A stretch of DNA of 64,000 bases from Calditrichia bacterium (GTDB lineage: Bacteria; Calditrichota; Calditrichia; JAJRVZ01): the NCBI GenBank assembly GCA_963777955.1, contig CAVZSQ010000017.1, forward strand, positions 32,001-96,000, written 5' to 3'. The notes under the pieces were generated by a model that saw only the letters and a list, made by a program, of their open reading frames with translations, was not told the DNA's origin and made no database searches. A program made the translations under genes and the position numbers. This document shows, piece by piece, positions 32,357 through 43,379 of the stretch; the first letter of the stretch is position 1, and the number at the start of each line of letters is the position of its first letter.

Positions 32357-33787
32357 ATGAATTCAGACATCGAAGAAAAACTAAAACTGCTGCTGGAAAA
32401 AAAATGCGGGCAAAAGTTGCTGCGGCTTGAACCATTACCGGCTCACGGTTCGGAAAGAAAATATTTCCGCCTGTATACCTCGCGGCAGACTTATATTGGC
32501 GCCCATAATCGCGATAAAGCAGAAAATGCCGCCTTTTTATCCTTCTCCAGGCATTTCCATAAACTCAACCTGCCCGTTCCGGATATTTATGCTGAAGACC
32601 TCCGGCAGGATATTTATCTGCAGCAGGACCTTGGTGATCTGACCCTGTTTGAATATCTGAGTTCGGTACGCAGCGAAGAAGGTTTTTCAAACCGAATAAT
32701 TTCTATTTACGAAAAAGTGCTTGAAGTATTACCGGAATTTCAAATCACAGCCGCCAAAGATCTTGATTACACTCTCTGTTATCCCCGGCAGAGTTTTGAT
32801 AAACAATCCATGATGTGGGATTTGAATTATTTTAAATATTATTTTCTAAAACTGGCCCAGATACCGTTCAACGAACAAATGCTGGAAGATGATTTTCAAC
32901 ATTTCAGCGATTTTTTATTATCCGCCGAACGCGATTACTTTTTGTACCGTGATTTTCAATCACGAAATATTATGTTGCTGCAGGAAAAACCATATTTCAT
33001 CGATTATCAGGGTGGACGCCGGGGGGCCTTGCAGTATGATATCGCTTCCCTGCTGTACGATGCCAAGGCCGATATTCCTGTGCAAATCCGCGAGCACCTG
33101 CTGGATCGTTACATCGAAATATTAAGCAGGTACATGCGGATCGATCGTAAGACATTTAGCAGTTATTACTACGGATACGTTTTTATCCGTATCATGCAAG
33201 CTCTGGGAGCTTATGGTTTCAGAGGATTTTACGAACGAAAAGCACAATTCCTGAAAAGCGTACCTTACGCAATTGCCAACCTGGAATATCTGCTGCAGTC
33301 GGTCAAGCTGCCTCTGGCTCTGCCGGCTCTGACCGATGCCTGGAATAAATTAGTCCAATCTGTTTTTCTGCGACAACTCAGCGCTGTTCAGGCACAACTG
33401 AAAGTACGGATTCAAAGTTTCTCCTATAAACGGGGCATCCCCTGGGACGAAAAAGGACATGGCGGGGGATTTGTCATGGATTGCCGGGCCTTACCCAATC
33501 CGGGCAGGTACGCCGAATATGCAGATGTGACCGGAAATGATCAAAAAGTTATTGAATATTTAAAAAATAAAAATGAAGTCCAGTTATTTTTAGATAATAC
33601 CTGCAAACTCATCGATCAAACCGTAATCAATTACCAGCAGCGCAACTTCAGCGATCTGCTGGTGGCCTTCGGCTGCACCGGCGGCCAGCACCGCTCGGTT
33701 TACTGTGCCAATCAATTAGCGCAGCACCTTAAAACCAAATATGATATCGAGGTCGAAGTCCGTCATTTAGAACTGGAATCTAAATGA
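32357..33787 (+). CDS. AmgK-like aminoglycoside-phosphotransferase-family kinase fused to a RapZ C-terminal domain
   Basis: 'GSERKYFR', 'YRDFQSRNIM', 'IDYQG', then 'SFSYKRGIP', 'DCRALPNP', 'GCTGGQHRSV'. Confidence 0.85.
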   Translation: MNSDIEEKLKLLLEKKCGQKLLRLEPLPAHGSERKYFRLYTSRQTYIGAHNRDKAENAAFLSFSRHFHKLNLPVPDIYAEDLRQDIYLQQDLGDLTLFEYLSSVRSEEGFSNRIISIYEKVLEVLPEFQITAAKDLDYTLCYPRQSFDKQSMMWDLNYFKYYFLKLAQIPFNEQMLEDDFQHFSDFLLSAERDYFLYRDFQSRNIMLLQEKPYFIDYQGGRRGALQYDIASLLYDAKADIPVQIREHLLDRYIEILSRYMRIDRKTFSSYYYGYVFIRIMQALGAYGFRGFYERKAQFLKSVPYAIANLEYLLQSVKLPLALPALTDAWNKLVQSVFLRQLSAVQAQLKVRIQSFSYKRGIPWDEKGHGGGFVMDCRALPNPGRYAEYADVTGNDQKVIEYLKNKNEVQLFLDNTCKLIDQTVINYQQRNFSDLLVAFGCTGGQHRSVYCANQLAQHLKTKYDIEVEVRHLELESK

Positions 33788-34508
33788 AAGCAATGATTCT
33801 GGCCGCCGGACTGGGTACCCGGCTCATGCCGCTGACCCGGTCTAGTCCCCAAAGCCTTAGTACCGTTCCGGCAAAAACCAATTCTGGAGCATTTGATCCT
33901 GCGCTTAAAGCAGGCCGGGATCACGGAAATCATAATCAACGTACATCACTTTTCCGCAGCAAATAGTCGCTTTCCTGAAAGAGAACCATTCTTTCGATAT
34001 ACGCATCGAAATTTCATTTGAACCGGATCTGCTCGATACAGGGGGAGGCTTAAAAAAAGCGCAATGGTTTTTTGATGACGGCCAACCCTTGCTGCTGCAT
34101 AATGTGGATGTCGTATCCAATCTGGATTTAAACAGGATGTTAGAGTATCATCTGCAAAAAAACAGCCTGGCCACTCTGGCCGTGCGGACCAGAAATACAT
34201 CCCGTTATCTCCTGTTTGATACGGATGACCGCCTGATCGGTTGGGAAGATCAGAGTTTGCAGCAGAAAAAAATTATGGCGCCATTCAGCGCTGAACCACG
34301 ATCTTTTTCGTTCATGGGGATTCATATCATCTCGCCCGGGATTTTTACCCAACTACCGCAAGCACAGAAATTTTCTATTATCACGGCTTATCTCGGTCTG
34401 GCGGCTCAGCGTAAATCCATCTGCGCTTTTAATGCCGATGGGTTTTCCTGGGCGGATCTGGGCCGGTTGCAGAATCTGCGGGCGGCTGAACAAGACCCGG
34501 ATTTTTAA
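33784..34508 (+). CDS. MurU-like nucleotidyltransferase (frameshifted)
   Basis: 'MKAMILAAGLGTRL.PLT', 'LLDTGGGL', 'LLHNVDV', 'WADLG'. Confidence 0.8.
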
Positions 34509-34521
34509 TTGGTAAAACGTT

Positions 34522-35472
34522 ATGACACTGCCCTTTAAAATTGGACACTATACCGATCTGCATAATATTACCGGCTGCACGGTAATTTTATGTCCTGACC
34601 AGACAGTGGCCTCCTGCCATATCTGCGGATCTGCTCCCGGCAGCCGTGAACTTGCCTTACTGGCACCCGATAAGAAAATCGAATCGATCCAGGCCCTGTT
34701 ATTGACCGGCGGGAGTGCCTTTGGACTGAGTGCTGCTGATGGAGTAATGCAATATCTTGAGGAAAAGGGTGTCGGTTATTCAACATCTTATGGTTTGGTT
34801 CCTATCGTACCTGCTGCCGTGATATATGACTTGAATATCGGCAGCAATAAAATCAGGCCGCGGCCGGAAAATGCAGATCAGGCCTGCCGGAATGCCACGG
34901 ACGACTTTTCAACCCAGGGTTCGATCGGTGCGGCAACCGGGGCAACCGTCGGTAAATGGGCAGGTCTTAAATATGCTATGAAAGGGGGACTGGGTATATC
35001 AAGGATTGCCCTGGACCAGGCCTGGATAATCGCCGTCAGTGTGGTCAATTCGGTTGGCGATGTCCTTGATACCACGGGAGAGATCATCGCCGGAGCAATT
35101 GATCCTGATCGAAAATTTCTGGCCCGCACCCGCATACCAAAATTCCGCTCAGGTCTTATTACCGGGTTTGGCGAAAATACTGTTTTATGTGCACTGTTGA
35201 CCAACATCAGGTTAAGCAAAATGCAGTCTTATCTGCTGGCCCGCCGCGGACAAAATGGCCTGGCCCGGGCGATTGTTCCCGCCACTACCAGTTATGACGG
35301 CGACGTCATTTTTTGCCTGAGCCACGGTCAGGTTGATCTTGATCCGGAAATTGCCTATGAAATGGGCAGCGAGGTTGTGCAAATGTCCATTATCGAAAGT
35401 GTCCGCCAGGCGCAGGGTTTGGGGGGATTCCCGGCCGTGGCAGATCTGACTGGCAGGACAAAACGACGTTAA
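34522..35472 (+). CDS. DmpA-like P1/S58 family aminopeptidase
   Basis: 'GHYTD', 'TGCTV', 'APGSRE', 'LTGGSAFGL', 'VPIVPAAVIYDL', 'ENT', 'DGD..F'. Confidence 0.88.
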   Translation: MTLPFKIGHYTDLHNITGCTVILCPDQTVASCHICGSAPGSRELALLAPDKKIESIQALLLTGGSAFGLSAADGVMQYLEEKGVGYSTSYGLVPIVPAAVIYDLNIGSNKIRPRPENADQACRNATDDFSTQGSIGAATGATVGKWAGLKYAMKGGLGISRIALDQAWIIAVSVVNSVGDVLDTTGEIIAGAIDPDRKFLARTRIPKFRSGLITGFGENTVLCALLTNIRLSKMQSYLLARRGQNGLARAIVPATTSYDGDVIFCLSHGQVDLDPEIAYEMGSEVVQMSIIESVRQAQGLGGFPAVADLTGRTKRR

Positions 35473-35490
35473 TCAGGTAGCATTATCTGA

Positions 35491-36069
35491 ATGATACAAC
35501 TTTACTCGCAGATATGGCAGGTCTTAAATTTTAATATTCTATTCGTAGCCGTACTGCTTTTTTTAATCGGTTATGGCCTGGCTCCCACAGCCCATTATAA
35601 AAATATCAAATGGCTGACTGCCTATCCTTTTTTTATCATGGAGTTAATGAATAAATATTTCAAATACAACTGGCCGGCTGTAAAAATATTTTTTGTCATC
35701 TTTATTTTAAATTCATGCTCGTTATTCATAAATCTTCTCTCGGCCTGGGGTATAATTACCCCCTTCCTGTTCATAATCTATCTGGGCATCAACATGGGAG
35801 TGATCATCTATCACAGTTTTAATGGACAATTTTACTTTGCCAGCCTTTTAAATCCGGTGGCGATTTTTGAATTACCGGCAGCCTGGATCAGTATTACCAT
35901 GGCTATTCAATTCAGTCTAAAAAAATTTTTCCATGTTGGTTTTTTAAGTGAAATCCCCTTTCTGCAGTATATACAATATTATGTGCTTACCGTATTGCCC
36001 TTGCTGTTTATCGCCGGAGTCATCGAAGCAGCTCTGATAGTCTGGGCCAGACGAAAAGACGAAGAATAA
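35491..36069 (+). CDS. SpoIIM-like membrane protein
   Basis: Multi-TM; 'IFILN', 'AIFELPA', 'LFIAGVIE'. Confidence 0.6.
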   Translation: MIQLYSQIWQVLNFNILFVAVLLFLIGYGLAPTAHYKNIKWLTAYPFFIMELMNKYFKYNWPAVKIFFVIFILNSCSLFINLLSAWGIITPFLFIIYLGINMGVIIYHSFNGQFYFASLLNPVAIFELPAAWISITMAIQFSLKKFFHVGFLSEIPFLQYIQYYVLTVLPLLFIAGVIEAALIVWARRKDEE

Positions 36070-36084
36070 GTTAATAATAGTTTA

Positions 36085-37573
36085 TTATTTTTTTGTCGCG
36101 AATTGCCGGCCGGCGCAGAATAAGATCCGTTTAAAGTATTGATTGGCCATAACCAGCATGGCAATTATTAACAATACATAACCTGCACTTAAAACATATA
36201 TTTCGGTCAGGTCTTTTAAGCCAAATTTAAGCAGGTTGATGATTACCAGGAAAGGTGTAAAAAACGGGAAATAAAGCAGAATCCTGAATGAAAGCGCCTG
36301 GAAGTCAGCGGGGATGAGAAATAATAACAGGATTAAAATAAAAATCACCAGGGGACCCAGCGTGTTGATTCGCTGAATTTCATGCTCCATGGCGATATGC
36401 GTACCCAGAATACTCAACAGCGGCGCATAAAAAAGATACCCCGCCAGATAGATCAGCTGAAAATAAAGGAAATACTGGTAGTGCACGTACTGCATACTGA
36501 CCAGCGGGAAAAAATTAACATATATTAATATTGTAATAAGCACGCTCCAGACAGCTGATTTGGATCATACCCACAATACCCAGCCCCATAATTTTACCTG
36601 ACAATATCTGGCTGCTGCTGCTTTTGCTCATTAAGAGTTCGATCGTCCCTTCATTTTTTTCCTTATACACACTGCTGAGCAGAAAGCCCCCGGAAGTAAA
36701 AATCGCAATTAGTAAAAATACAACTGCAATGCTGATCACATAAAATTGCAGAAAGGCGTCCTGCTTAAGAAATTGCTTTGTATTCAGAAATTTTTCCAGG
36801 TGTACCGGTTTTAACCATTGTTCAACAAGACTTACTTCTAATCCCGCTTCAACTATTTTTGTTTTAATAACTACTTCTGTGATGATTTTTTGAATTTGTT
36901 GTGCTGACCATAGATCGTCAGTGTGCTTTGAATAATATTGCAGATTTGGCTCGAGTTCAAACTCCGCGGGAATAACAATATAAGCATCGATTTTGTCTTC
37001 CAGCAATAATGAATCCGCTATTCTTTTTGATTCTTCAAGTTGAACCCGGTTAACCCTGGCCTCCCGGGCAGCGAATTCTTTTTCAATCAGAATTTTCGAA
37101 TTACGGATATCGATGAGGTCCTGATACGTTTTTTCCAGCAAATATTCTTTGTCGCGGATATGGGGACTGGTATAATACTCATTGCGGGTGGCCACAATTT
37201 GATCATAAACCTGCGTGATTGAATCTTTGCGGGTACGTACGGCCTGATACTCCCGGTTGATTTGCAGATACAACGTTGATTGATTCAGGGAAACCGGCAT
37301 AAAGATATAAACCGGGGAACCACTGTCCAGGATATAATTCTGGTTGACATGATTCTGGATTTGTCCAAATAGCTGAACTTCGTTTAAATTAACCAGCCCG
37401 ATTAATTTGATAGCATCCTTATTTGCATTATCTTTTAATTGCAGCAGTAATGCAAACAGGATGAACACCAGCAACGGTAAAAGCAGAGTCAAAAAAAGAA
37501 AAGACCGGCTCCTGATTCGGGCAGTGAATTCCCAGGCGGCAATATGATAAATGTTTTTAATAAGGCGTATCAC
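36085..37573 (-). CDS. NatB-like ABC permease (frameshift near 36540)
   Basis: 'IAAWEF..RIRSRSF', 'SVYKEK....ELLMS......ILSGKI.G', 'PFFTP'. Confidence 0.8.
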
Positions 37574-38478
37574 TTTTTAGATCTCTGCAGATTTTTAACC
37601 AGACGGGGATAGATGTAGATTAAACCCGGTCGAAATCGCTCAAATTTTATGACTTCAATATTTTTATTCAAAACAGCCAGCAGCTTGCGTGCGTCAAATG
37701 ATTTATCTTTTATAGTAATTTTGTAGTGGCCTTGCTCTTCTGCTTTGAACTGTACTTCTTTGATCGCTTTCAGAAAAGCAAGATCATCGGGGGTTTCCAG
37801 ATAGTAGATATTATCTCTGACCTTTAGCCTGATTTCCGGCAAGGTCATGTTCAAAATCAATTTTCCGGCACTGAGCAGGCAGACGCGGTCGCAGATATCC
37901 TCCGCTTTATCCAGAGAACGGGTGGCCAGCAGTACCAGTTTATTCTTTTGTTTAAATTCAATAAGCAGGGATCGGACCAGGCTTTCATTCTGCCTGGAAA
38001 ATCCGGCGAAGGGTTCATCCACCACCAGAATATCCGGTTCATGCAAAATAGCACCCATGATCAGGATTTTTTCCTGCTGCTCTGAACTCAATTCTCCCAT
38101 TCGTCTGTTGACCTGGTCGGCCAGTTCATATTTATCCAGACAGCGTAAAGCCGTTTCGCGGGCTTGTGAACCGCGCAGTTGATTCAGAGCCCCCTGGTAG
38201 AGTAAATAGTTGATTACCCGGGCCCGTCGATAGATACCCCTTATTTGAGGAATGTAACCAAAATTTTTACCAGCCAGCTTTTTGACCTTTTTATTGTTAT
38301 AAATTATCTCTCCCTGATCAGCGCGGTAAACAGTAACCGCCAGCCTGATAATTGTCGTTTTGCCCTCGGCCGAAGGTGCTGATAGGCCCAGTATCTCTCC
38401 CGCTGTTACCGCTAAAGAAATATTTTGCACCAGCGCTTGGTGATCGAGAACTTTACTTACATTTCTTAATTCCAGCAT
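37570..38478 (-). CDS. NatA-like ABC ATP-binding protein with degenerate motifs
   Basis: Walker A 'APSAEGKTT', signature 'LSSEQQ', 'VVDEPF', H-loop position reads 'TRS'. Confidence 0.75.
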   Translation of the reverse strand: MLELRNVSKVLDHQALVQNISLAVTAGEILGLSAPSAEGKTTIIRLAVTVYRADQGEIIYNNKKVKKLAGKNFGYIPQIRGIYRRARVINYLLYQGALNQLRGSQARETALRCLDKYELADQVNRRMGELSSEQQEKILIMGAILHEPDILVVDEPFAGFSRQNESLVRSLLIEFKQKNKLVLLATRSLDKAEDICDRVCLLSAGKLILNMTLPEIRLKVRDNIYYLETPDDLAFLKAIKEVQFKAEEQGHYKITIKDKSFDARKLLAVLNKNIEVIKFERFRPGLIYIYPRLVKNLQRSKK

Positions 38479-38485
38479 GGCAGTA

Positions 38486-39115
38486 TTATGCTTTCAGATC
38501 AGTTAATTCATAAATAAATGGTTCTTTTTTTGCCAGCAGGTTTAATTCAGCTATGAAATCAGCTGATTGATCCTCCGGTATTTGGGCCTGCATCCTGACC
38601 TGATCCAGATAGTCGGTCTGGCTGATTACACCCTCGTATTTTTTTACCAGATAGGTAAGATCCTGGACTGACACATAGGGTAATTGAAACTTAAAATTCT
38701 TATAGAATATCCGGGGAACTATCCGGACTTTTTGCAGCGTTTCCTGTGCCGATTGCGTATAGGCCCGCACCAGGCCGTTCCGGCCAAGTTTTGTACCCCC
38801 AAAATATCTGGCCACAATCAGCAGAATCTGGTAAAGATTCTGTTCGGCCAGCACATGATAAATCGGTTTTCCGGCTGTACCACCCGGTTCGCCATCATCA
38901 TAGTAATGATAAAGGTTGGAGGTCAGGCGGTAGGCATAACAATAATGAGTTGCTTTAACATAGTTCTTCTGAAATTGCCGGTATATGGCATCGAATTCCG
39001 GCTTTGCTTCGAGGTGAAAAACCTGACCGATAAATCGTGACCCTTTTACCCTGAGCTCATGGGGCAACGAGGTATTATTAACTGTCATAAAACGGGCGAT
39101 ATGATTCTGTACCAT
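38486..39115 (-). CDS. yigZ: YigZ/IMPACT family protein
   Basis: 'VKGSRF', 'ATHYCYAYR', 'DDGEPGGTAGKP', 'RYFGGTKLG..GLVRAY'. Confidence 0.9.
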   Translation of the reverse strand: MVQNHIARFMTVNNTSLPHELRVKGSRFIGQVFHLEAKPEFDAIYRQFQKNYVKATHYCYAYRLTSNLYHYYDDGEPGGTAGKPIYHVLAEQNLYQILLIVARYFGGTKLGRNGLVRAYTQSAQETLQKVRIVPRIFYKNFKFQLPYVSVQDLTYLVKKYEGVISQTDYLDQVRMQAQIPEDQSADFIAELNLLAKKEPFIYELTDLKA

Positions 39116-39233
39116 GAATTATATATCTAAAGCTATTTTATTTAGGAGGACTGAATCCTCAATCAAATCAATATATACAAGGACAAAATTTAGATATTAA
39201 TTTATGTTATCCGGGAGTACTGTTTATTCGATT

Positions 39234-39968
39234 TTATTTTTCCGTTTGGCTATAATATTTCAGCAGCAACTGGCTGCCGTCAAAACAGGCATAACTGTAA
39301 TGGATCAGCCAGTCACCTAAATTAATATACTTATGCCGGCCTGTTTCGTAGGTTTTAGGTCGATGCTGATGACCCATGATTACATAATCAAAACCCTGTT
39401 GAAATTTGGCAGTGGCATATTCGATATAATCCTGTTCGCTGTCCAATTTTATCTGATCGGTATAATAGCGGCTGGAACCTGAAACAAAGCGGGCCAGTGG
39501 AATGCCCAGATCGGGATGGAGCAGACGGAACAATTTTAGATTGATATTTTTCCGTAAAACTTTTTTCAATAATCTGTACCCGGCATCCTTTTTGGCAATT
39601 CCATCGCCATGAAAAAGATAAAATTTTTTTCCGGCTATTTCTCCGCTCCAATCGTTTGGATAGCAAGTGATACCTAATTCCTTGCTGAAAAACTCACCCA
39701 GCCAAAAATCATGATTGCCGGGCAGATAATGCAGTTCAACATTTTTTTCCCTTAAACGGGCCAGCTGGTATAAAACCGAAAAATATTTTTTGGGAATTAC
39801 GTATTTATATTCAAACCAGAAATCAAACAGATCACCGATAAAAAAGATACGTTCGGTGTCTGTTGCCAGGCTGCGTAAAAACGACAGGAAATAATCCAGC
39901 TGTTTTCGCTCCTTCTCCGCAGCAAGGGTTCCCAGGTGGACATCGGATATAAAATAAGTTTGACCCAT
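39234..39968 (-). CDS. lpxH: UDP-2,3-diacylglucosamine diphosphatase (LpxH-like)
   Basis: 'SDVHLG', 'GDLFDFW', 'GNHDFW', 'HGDG', 'GHQH', 'NLGDW'. Confidence 0.8.
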   Translation of the reverse strand: MGQTYFISDVHLGTLAAEKERKQLDYFLSFLRSLATDTERIFFIGDLFDFWFEYKYVIPKKYFSVLYQLARLREKNVELHYLPGNHDFWLGEFFSKELGITCYPNDWSGEIAGKKFYLFHGDGIAKKDAGYRLLKKVLRKNINLKLFRLLHPDLGIPLARFVSGSSRYYTDQIKLDSEQDYIEYATAKFQQGFDYVIMGHQHRPKTYETGRHKYINLGDWLIHYSYACFDGSQLLLKYYSQTEK

Positions 39969-40136
39969 ATCTATCTTAAAACTGATGATACTTTGAATTT
40001 AAGCTAAAATTAACCATATTGAGATGCAACAGTAATGATGGAAAAACAATTTTTTCTCGGCCGGAGCGAAGCTGGCAATATCTGGAATTCTGCGCCGGTG
40101 TTATTCGTTCCTTTTAATAAACCAGCATAAAATATC

Positions 40137-41231
40137 ATGATGTACCGATATACATACTATACGCAGTGGCTCGCACAGAAAAATGTTCAGGCAGATACCA
40201 TGGCACAGCTACATACCCTGTTCCGGACGATCTTACTGCAAAGCAATGGTGATGTGAACGAAGCCCTGAACTGGATGACCTTATTGAATAATCGTTACCA
40301 GTTTACCCGGAATCTGGATACTTTCATCAAGCAACTGAAAGATCAGGGTTTAATTGAACAAAGGGATCAGTACTATACGCTGAGTAACAAAGGCAATCAA
40401 TATATCCGACAGTCCGCTTTCAATGACATCTTCACCAATTTAAAGAAAAAAGGATTGGGTCAGCACACTACACCCTTGGCCGGAAGTGGACAGGAGCCGC
40501 TGCCGGAAACCAGAAATTTTAACTTCGGCGATTCTATCGATAAAATCGAACCCGTACGGAGTATCAATAATGCCATCAAGCGCAACGGTCTTGACCATTT
40601 TCAATTAACCGAAGGTGATCTGGAGGTCTTTGAATCCGAACACCTGGCTAATTGTGCCACAGTTCTGCTGATCGATATCAGCCACAGTATGATTCTATAT
40701 GGTGAAGACCGTATCACCCCGGCTAAAAATGCGGCTCTGGCTTTAGCTGAATATATCATGAAACAATATCATAAAGATAGTCTGCATATTGTAGCTTTTG
40801 GTGATGATGCAATTGAGATAAAGATTTCCGAAATACTGAATTTGGCCGTTGGCCCTTATCACACCAATACCAAGGCCGCCTTACAGTTGGCTCGCCGGAT
40901 TTTAGGCAAGAAAAAGCATGACAATAAACAAATATTTATGATAACCGATGGTAAACCTTCCTGCATCCGGGAGGGGACAAGATTATATAAAAATCCTTAT
41001 GGCCTGGATTTAAAAATAATTAATCAAACCATACGTGAAGCAGTTCAATGCCGCAAAGAAAAAATAGAAATAACCACCTTTATGGTTTCGCGGGATCCTT
41101 ATTTGCAGAATTTTATAAAAGACCTGTCCAGCGCCTGTAAAGGGCGTGCCTATTTTGCCAGCTTAAAAAATCTCAGTGATTATATTTTCATCGATTTTAT
41201 AAAAAACAGAAAAAAGATAGTTCGTTCATAA
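40137..41231 (+). CDS. VWA domain protein
   Basis: MIDAS 'DISHS', 'TNT', 'ITDGKP'. Confidence 0.85.
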   Translation: MMYRYTYYTQWLAQKNVQADTMAQLHTLFRTILLQSNGDVNEALNWMTLLNNRYQFTRNLDTFIKQLKDQGLIEQRDQYYTLSNKGNQYIRQSAFNDIFTNLKKKGLGQHTTPLAGSGQEPLPETRNFNFGDSIDKIEPVRSINNAIKRNGLDHFQLTEGDLEVFESEHLANCATVLLIDISHSMILYGEDRITPAKNAALALAEYIMKQYHKDSLHIVAFGDDAIEIKISEILNLAVGPYHTNTKAALQLARRILGKKKHDNKQIFMITDGKPSCIREGTRLYKNPYGLDLKIINQTIREAVQCRKEKIEITTFMVSRDPYLQNFIKDLSSACKGRAYFASLKNLSDYIFIDFIKNRKKIVRS

Positions 41232-42766
41232 TGAGGCTGCATATGGAAATCACAAATATAAAAAATCTGGGTGAACTTCGCCGCAGCGGGTATCAAATAC
41301 GTCCCGTAAAAGAAGAGTTAAGACAGAATCTGCTGATAGCAATTAATAAGCGGGAAAATATTTTTAGTGGTATTGTTGGCTACGAAAGCACCGTAATCCC
41401 GGAATTATACAATGCCATCTTGTCCAGGCATGATTTTATACTTTTAGGATTGCGCGGACAGGCCAAAACCCGAATACTGAGAAACTTAACCGGTCTGCTT
41501 GATCCATTTATACCAATTCTGGCCGGCAGTGAATTAAACGATAATCCTTACCAGCCGATTACATATTATGGTAAAAATATGATCAAGCAATACGGCGATG
41601 AATCACCTGTTGAATGGATCCCCCGCGAGAACAGATATAATGAAAAATTAGCTACTCCGGATGTTTCCATTGCCGATTTGATCGGCGATATTGATCCGAT
41701 TAAAGCTGCTACCCAGCGTCTGGAATACTCACATGAAGGTGTGATCCACTATGGCATTATCCCCCGAACTAACCGCGGTATCTTCGTGATCAATGAGTTG
41801 CCCGATTTACAGCCACGAATACAGGTGGGACTGCTGAACATTCTGGAAGAGCGTGATTTGCAAATTCGTGGTTATCCAATCAGAATTCCATTGGATATAC
41901 TTATTGCTTTCTCGGCAAATCCGGAAGATTACACCAATCGTGGTAATATCATCACGCCCTTAAAAGACCGTATCGATTCACAGATTATAACACATTATCC
42001 CCTTACTCTGGAAGATGGCATCCGGATTACACAACAGGAAGCCTGGCGGCAGGACCGCGCTGAGATGAAAGAAATTCATATTCCCTATTTTTTCCGTGAA
42101 ATTGTCGAATCCATTGCCCGCGAAGCCCGCAGCAATGAACTGATCGACCAAAAGTCCGGTGTAAGTGCCCGGCTGCCAATCTCCTGTCTGGAACTCCTGA
42201 TTGGAAATGCCGAGCGACGATCTAATTTTAATCAAATCCCCAGCCGCAGTCTGCGAATTGCCGATTTTCAGGCCTTACCTGCCGGCATCACCGGCAAAAT
42301 CGAACTGGTCTATGAGGGAGAGCAGGAAGGGATAACCAACGTTGCCAAAATCCTGATCGGTCAGGCTATTAAAAGAATATTTGAAAATTATTTTCCGGTG
42401 CTCAAAGAGACAGTTAAAAATAAAAAAAATAAATCAAATCCCGATCTGGATGAGATTGTCGCCTGGTTCAATAAAGGCCAGCTGGTCTGCGTCGATGGCA
42501 GTGGTACGGATGACGAATATATCGCATCCCTGCAACCCCTGGTCCCTTTGCAGAAACTAATCAGAAAATATTTTCCAAAGGATAGTATTAAAAACGAACT
42601 GGACCTTGCCGTGGTAAAGGAATTTGTACTGGAAGGACTCTATCAAAGTTCATATTTAAGTAAATTTTCTGCCGGGGGAAAGGTGACCTACAAAGATCTG
42701 ATGGAAAGTATTTTGAATTCCTGGCCTGCTGAAGAAGAAGATAAGAATTTGGAAAATACTGCCTGA
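41231..42766 (+). CDS. Mg-chelatase/MoxR-like AAA+ ATPase (partner of the VWA protein)
   Basis: 'GLRGQAKT', 'INELPDL', 'ANPEDYTNRG.IITPLKDR', 'SGVSAR'. Confidence 0.85.
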   Translation: MRLHMEITNIKNLGELRRSGYQIRPVKEELRQNLLIAINKRENIFSGIVGYESTVIPELYNAILSRHDFILLGLRGQAKTRILRNLTGLLDPFIPILAGSELNDNPYQPITYYGKNMIKQYGDESPVEWIPRENRYNEKLATPDVSIADLIGDIDPIKAATQRLEYSHEGVIHYGIIPRTNRGIFVINELPDLQPRIQVGLLNILEERDLQIRGYPIRIPLDILIAFSANPEDYTNRGNIITPLKDRIDSQIITHYPLTLEDGIRITQQEAWRQDRAEMKEIHIPYFFREIVESIAREARSNELIDQKSGVSARLPISCLELLIGNAERRSNFNQIPSRSLRIADFQALPAGITGKIELVYEGEQEGITNVAKILIGQAIKRIFENYFPVLKETVKNKKNKSNPDLDEIVAWFNKGQLVCVDGSGTDDEYIASLQPLVPLQKLIRKYFPKDSIKNELDLAVVKEFVLEGLYQSSYLSKFSAGGKVTYKDLMESILNSWPAEEEDKNLENTA

Positions 42767-42812
42767 GCTTAGATTTCAAGTATCGTAATTAAGGATTTTT
42801 AAAGGGGAGTTC

Positions 42813-43364
42813 ATGATGAACAAGGTATTGGTAATTTTAGCTACCGGCTTCGAAGAAATAGAGGCTATCACGGCGATTGACATTTTGCGTCGTGCCGGTA
42901 TCGAAACTACGGTAGCGGGTCTGGACAGTGAACTCATAACCGGCGCTCATAACCTGCTGATAAAATGCGATACTGTCCTGGCTGAAATTGATCAGCAGGA
43001 TTATAGTCACCTGGTTTTACCCGGCGGTCAACCCGGCACTAAAAATCTTAAGAACGATGCCCGGGTACTGCAACTAACAACCGATTTTTACAGACAGAAC
43101 AAAGTTGTGGCGGCAATATGTGCGGCACCGACTGTTTTGCAGGCCGCGGGGATTTTAGCCGGGAAAAGTGTCACCAGTTATCCTGCCGAACGTCAGAATT
43201 TAATCTCGGTCAATTATTCTGAGGATAAAGTTGTATGTGACAAAAACATTATTACCAGCCGGGGGGTTGGTACTGCCATCGACTTTGCTCTGACCCTGGT
43301 TGAAAATATCAGCGGTAGAGAAGTCCGCCGGACTATTGCGGAAAAGATTTTATGGCCGGAATAA
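42813..43364 (+). CDS. DJ-1/PfpI (YajL/ThiJ) family protein
   Basis: 'GFEEIEA', 'LPGG.PG', 'AAICAAP', 'TSRGVGTA'. Confidence 0.92.
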   Translation: MMNKVLVILATGFEEIEAITAIDILRRAGIETTVAGLDSELITGAHNLLIKCDTVLAEIDQQDYSHLVLPGGQPGTKNLKNDARVLQLTTDFYRQNKVVAAICAAPTVLQAAGILAGKSVTSYPAERQNLISVNYSEDKVVCDKNIITSRGVGTAIDFALTLVENISGREVRRTIAEKILWPE

Positions 43365-43379
43365 ATTGATTTGCTTCGC

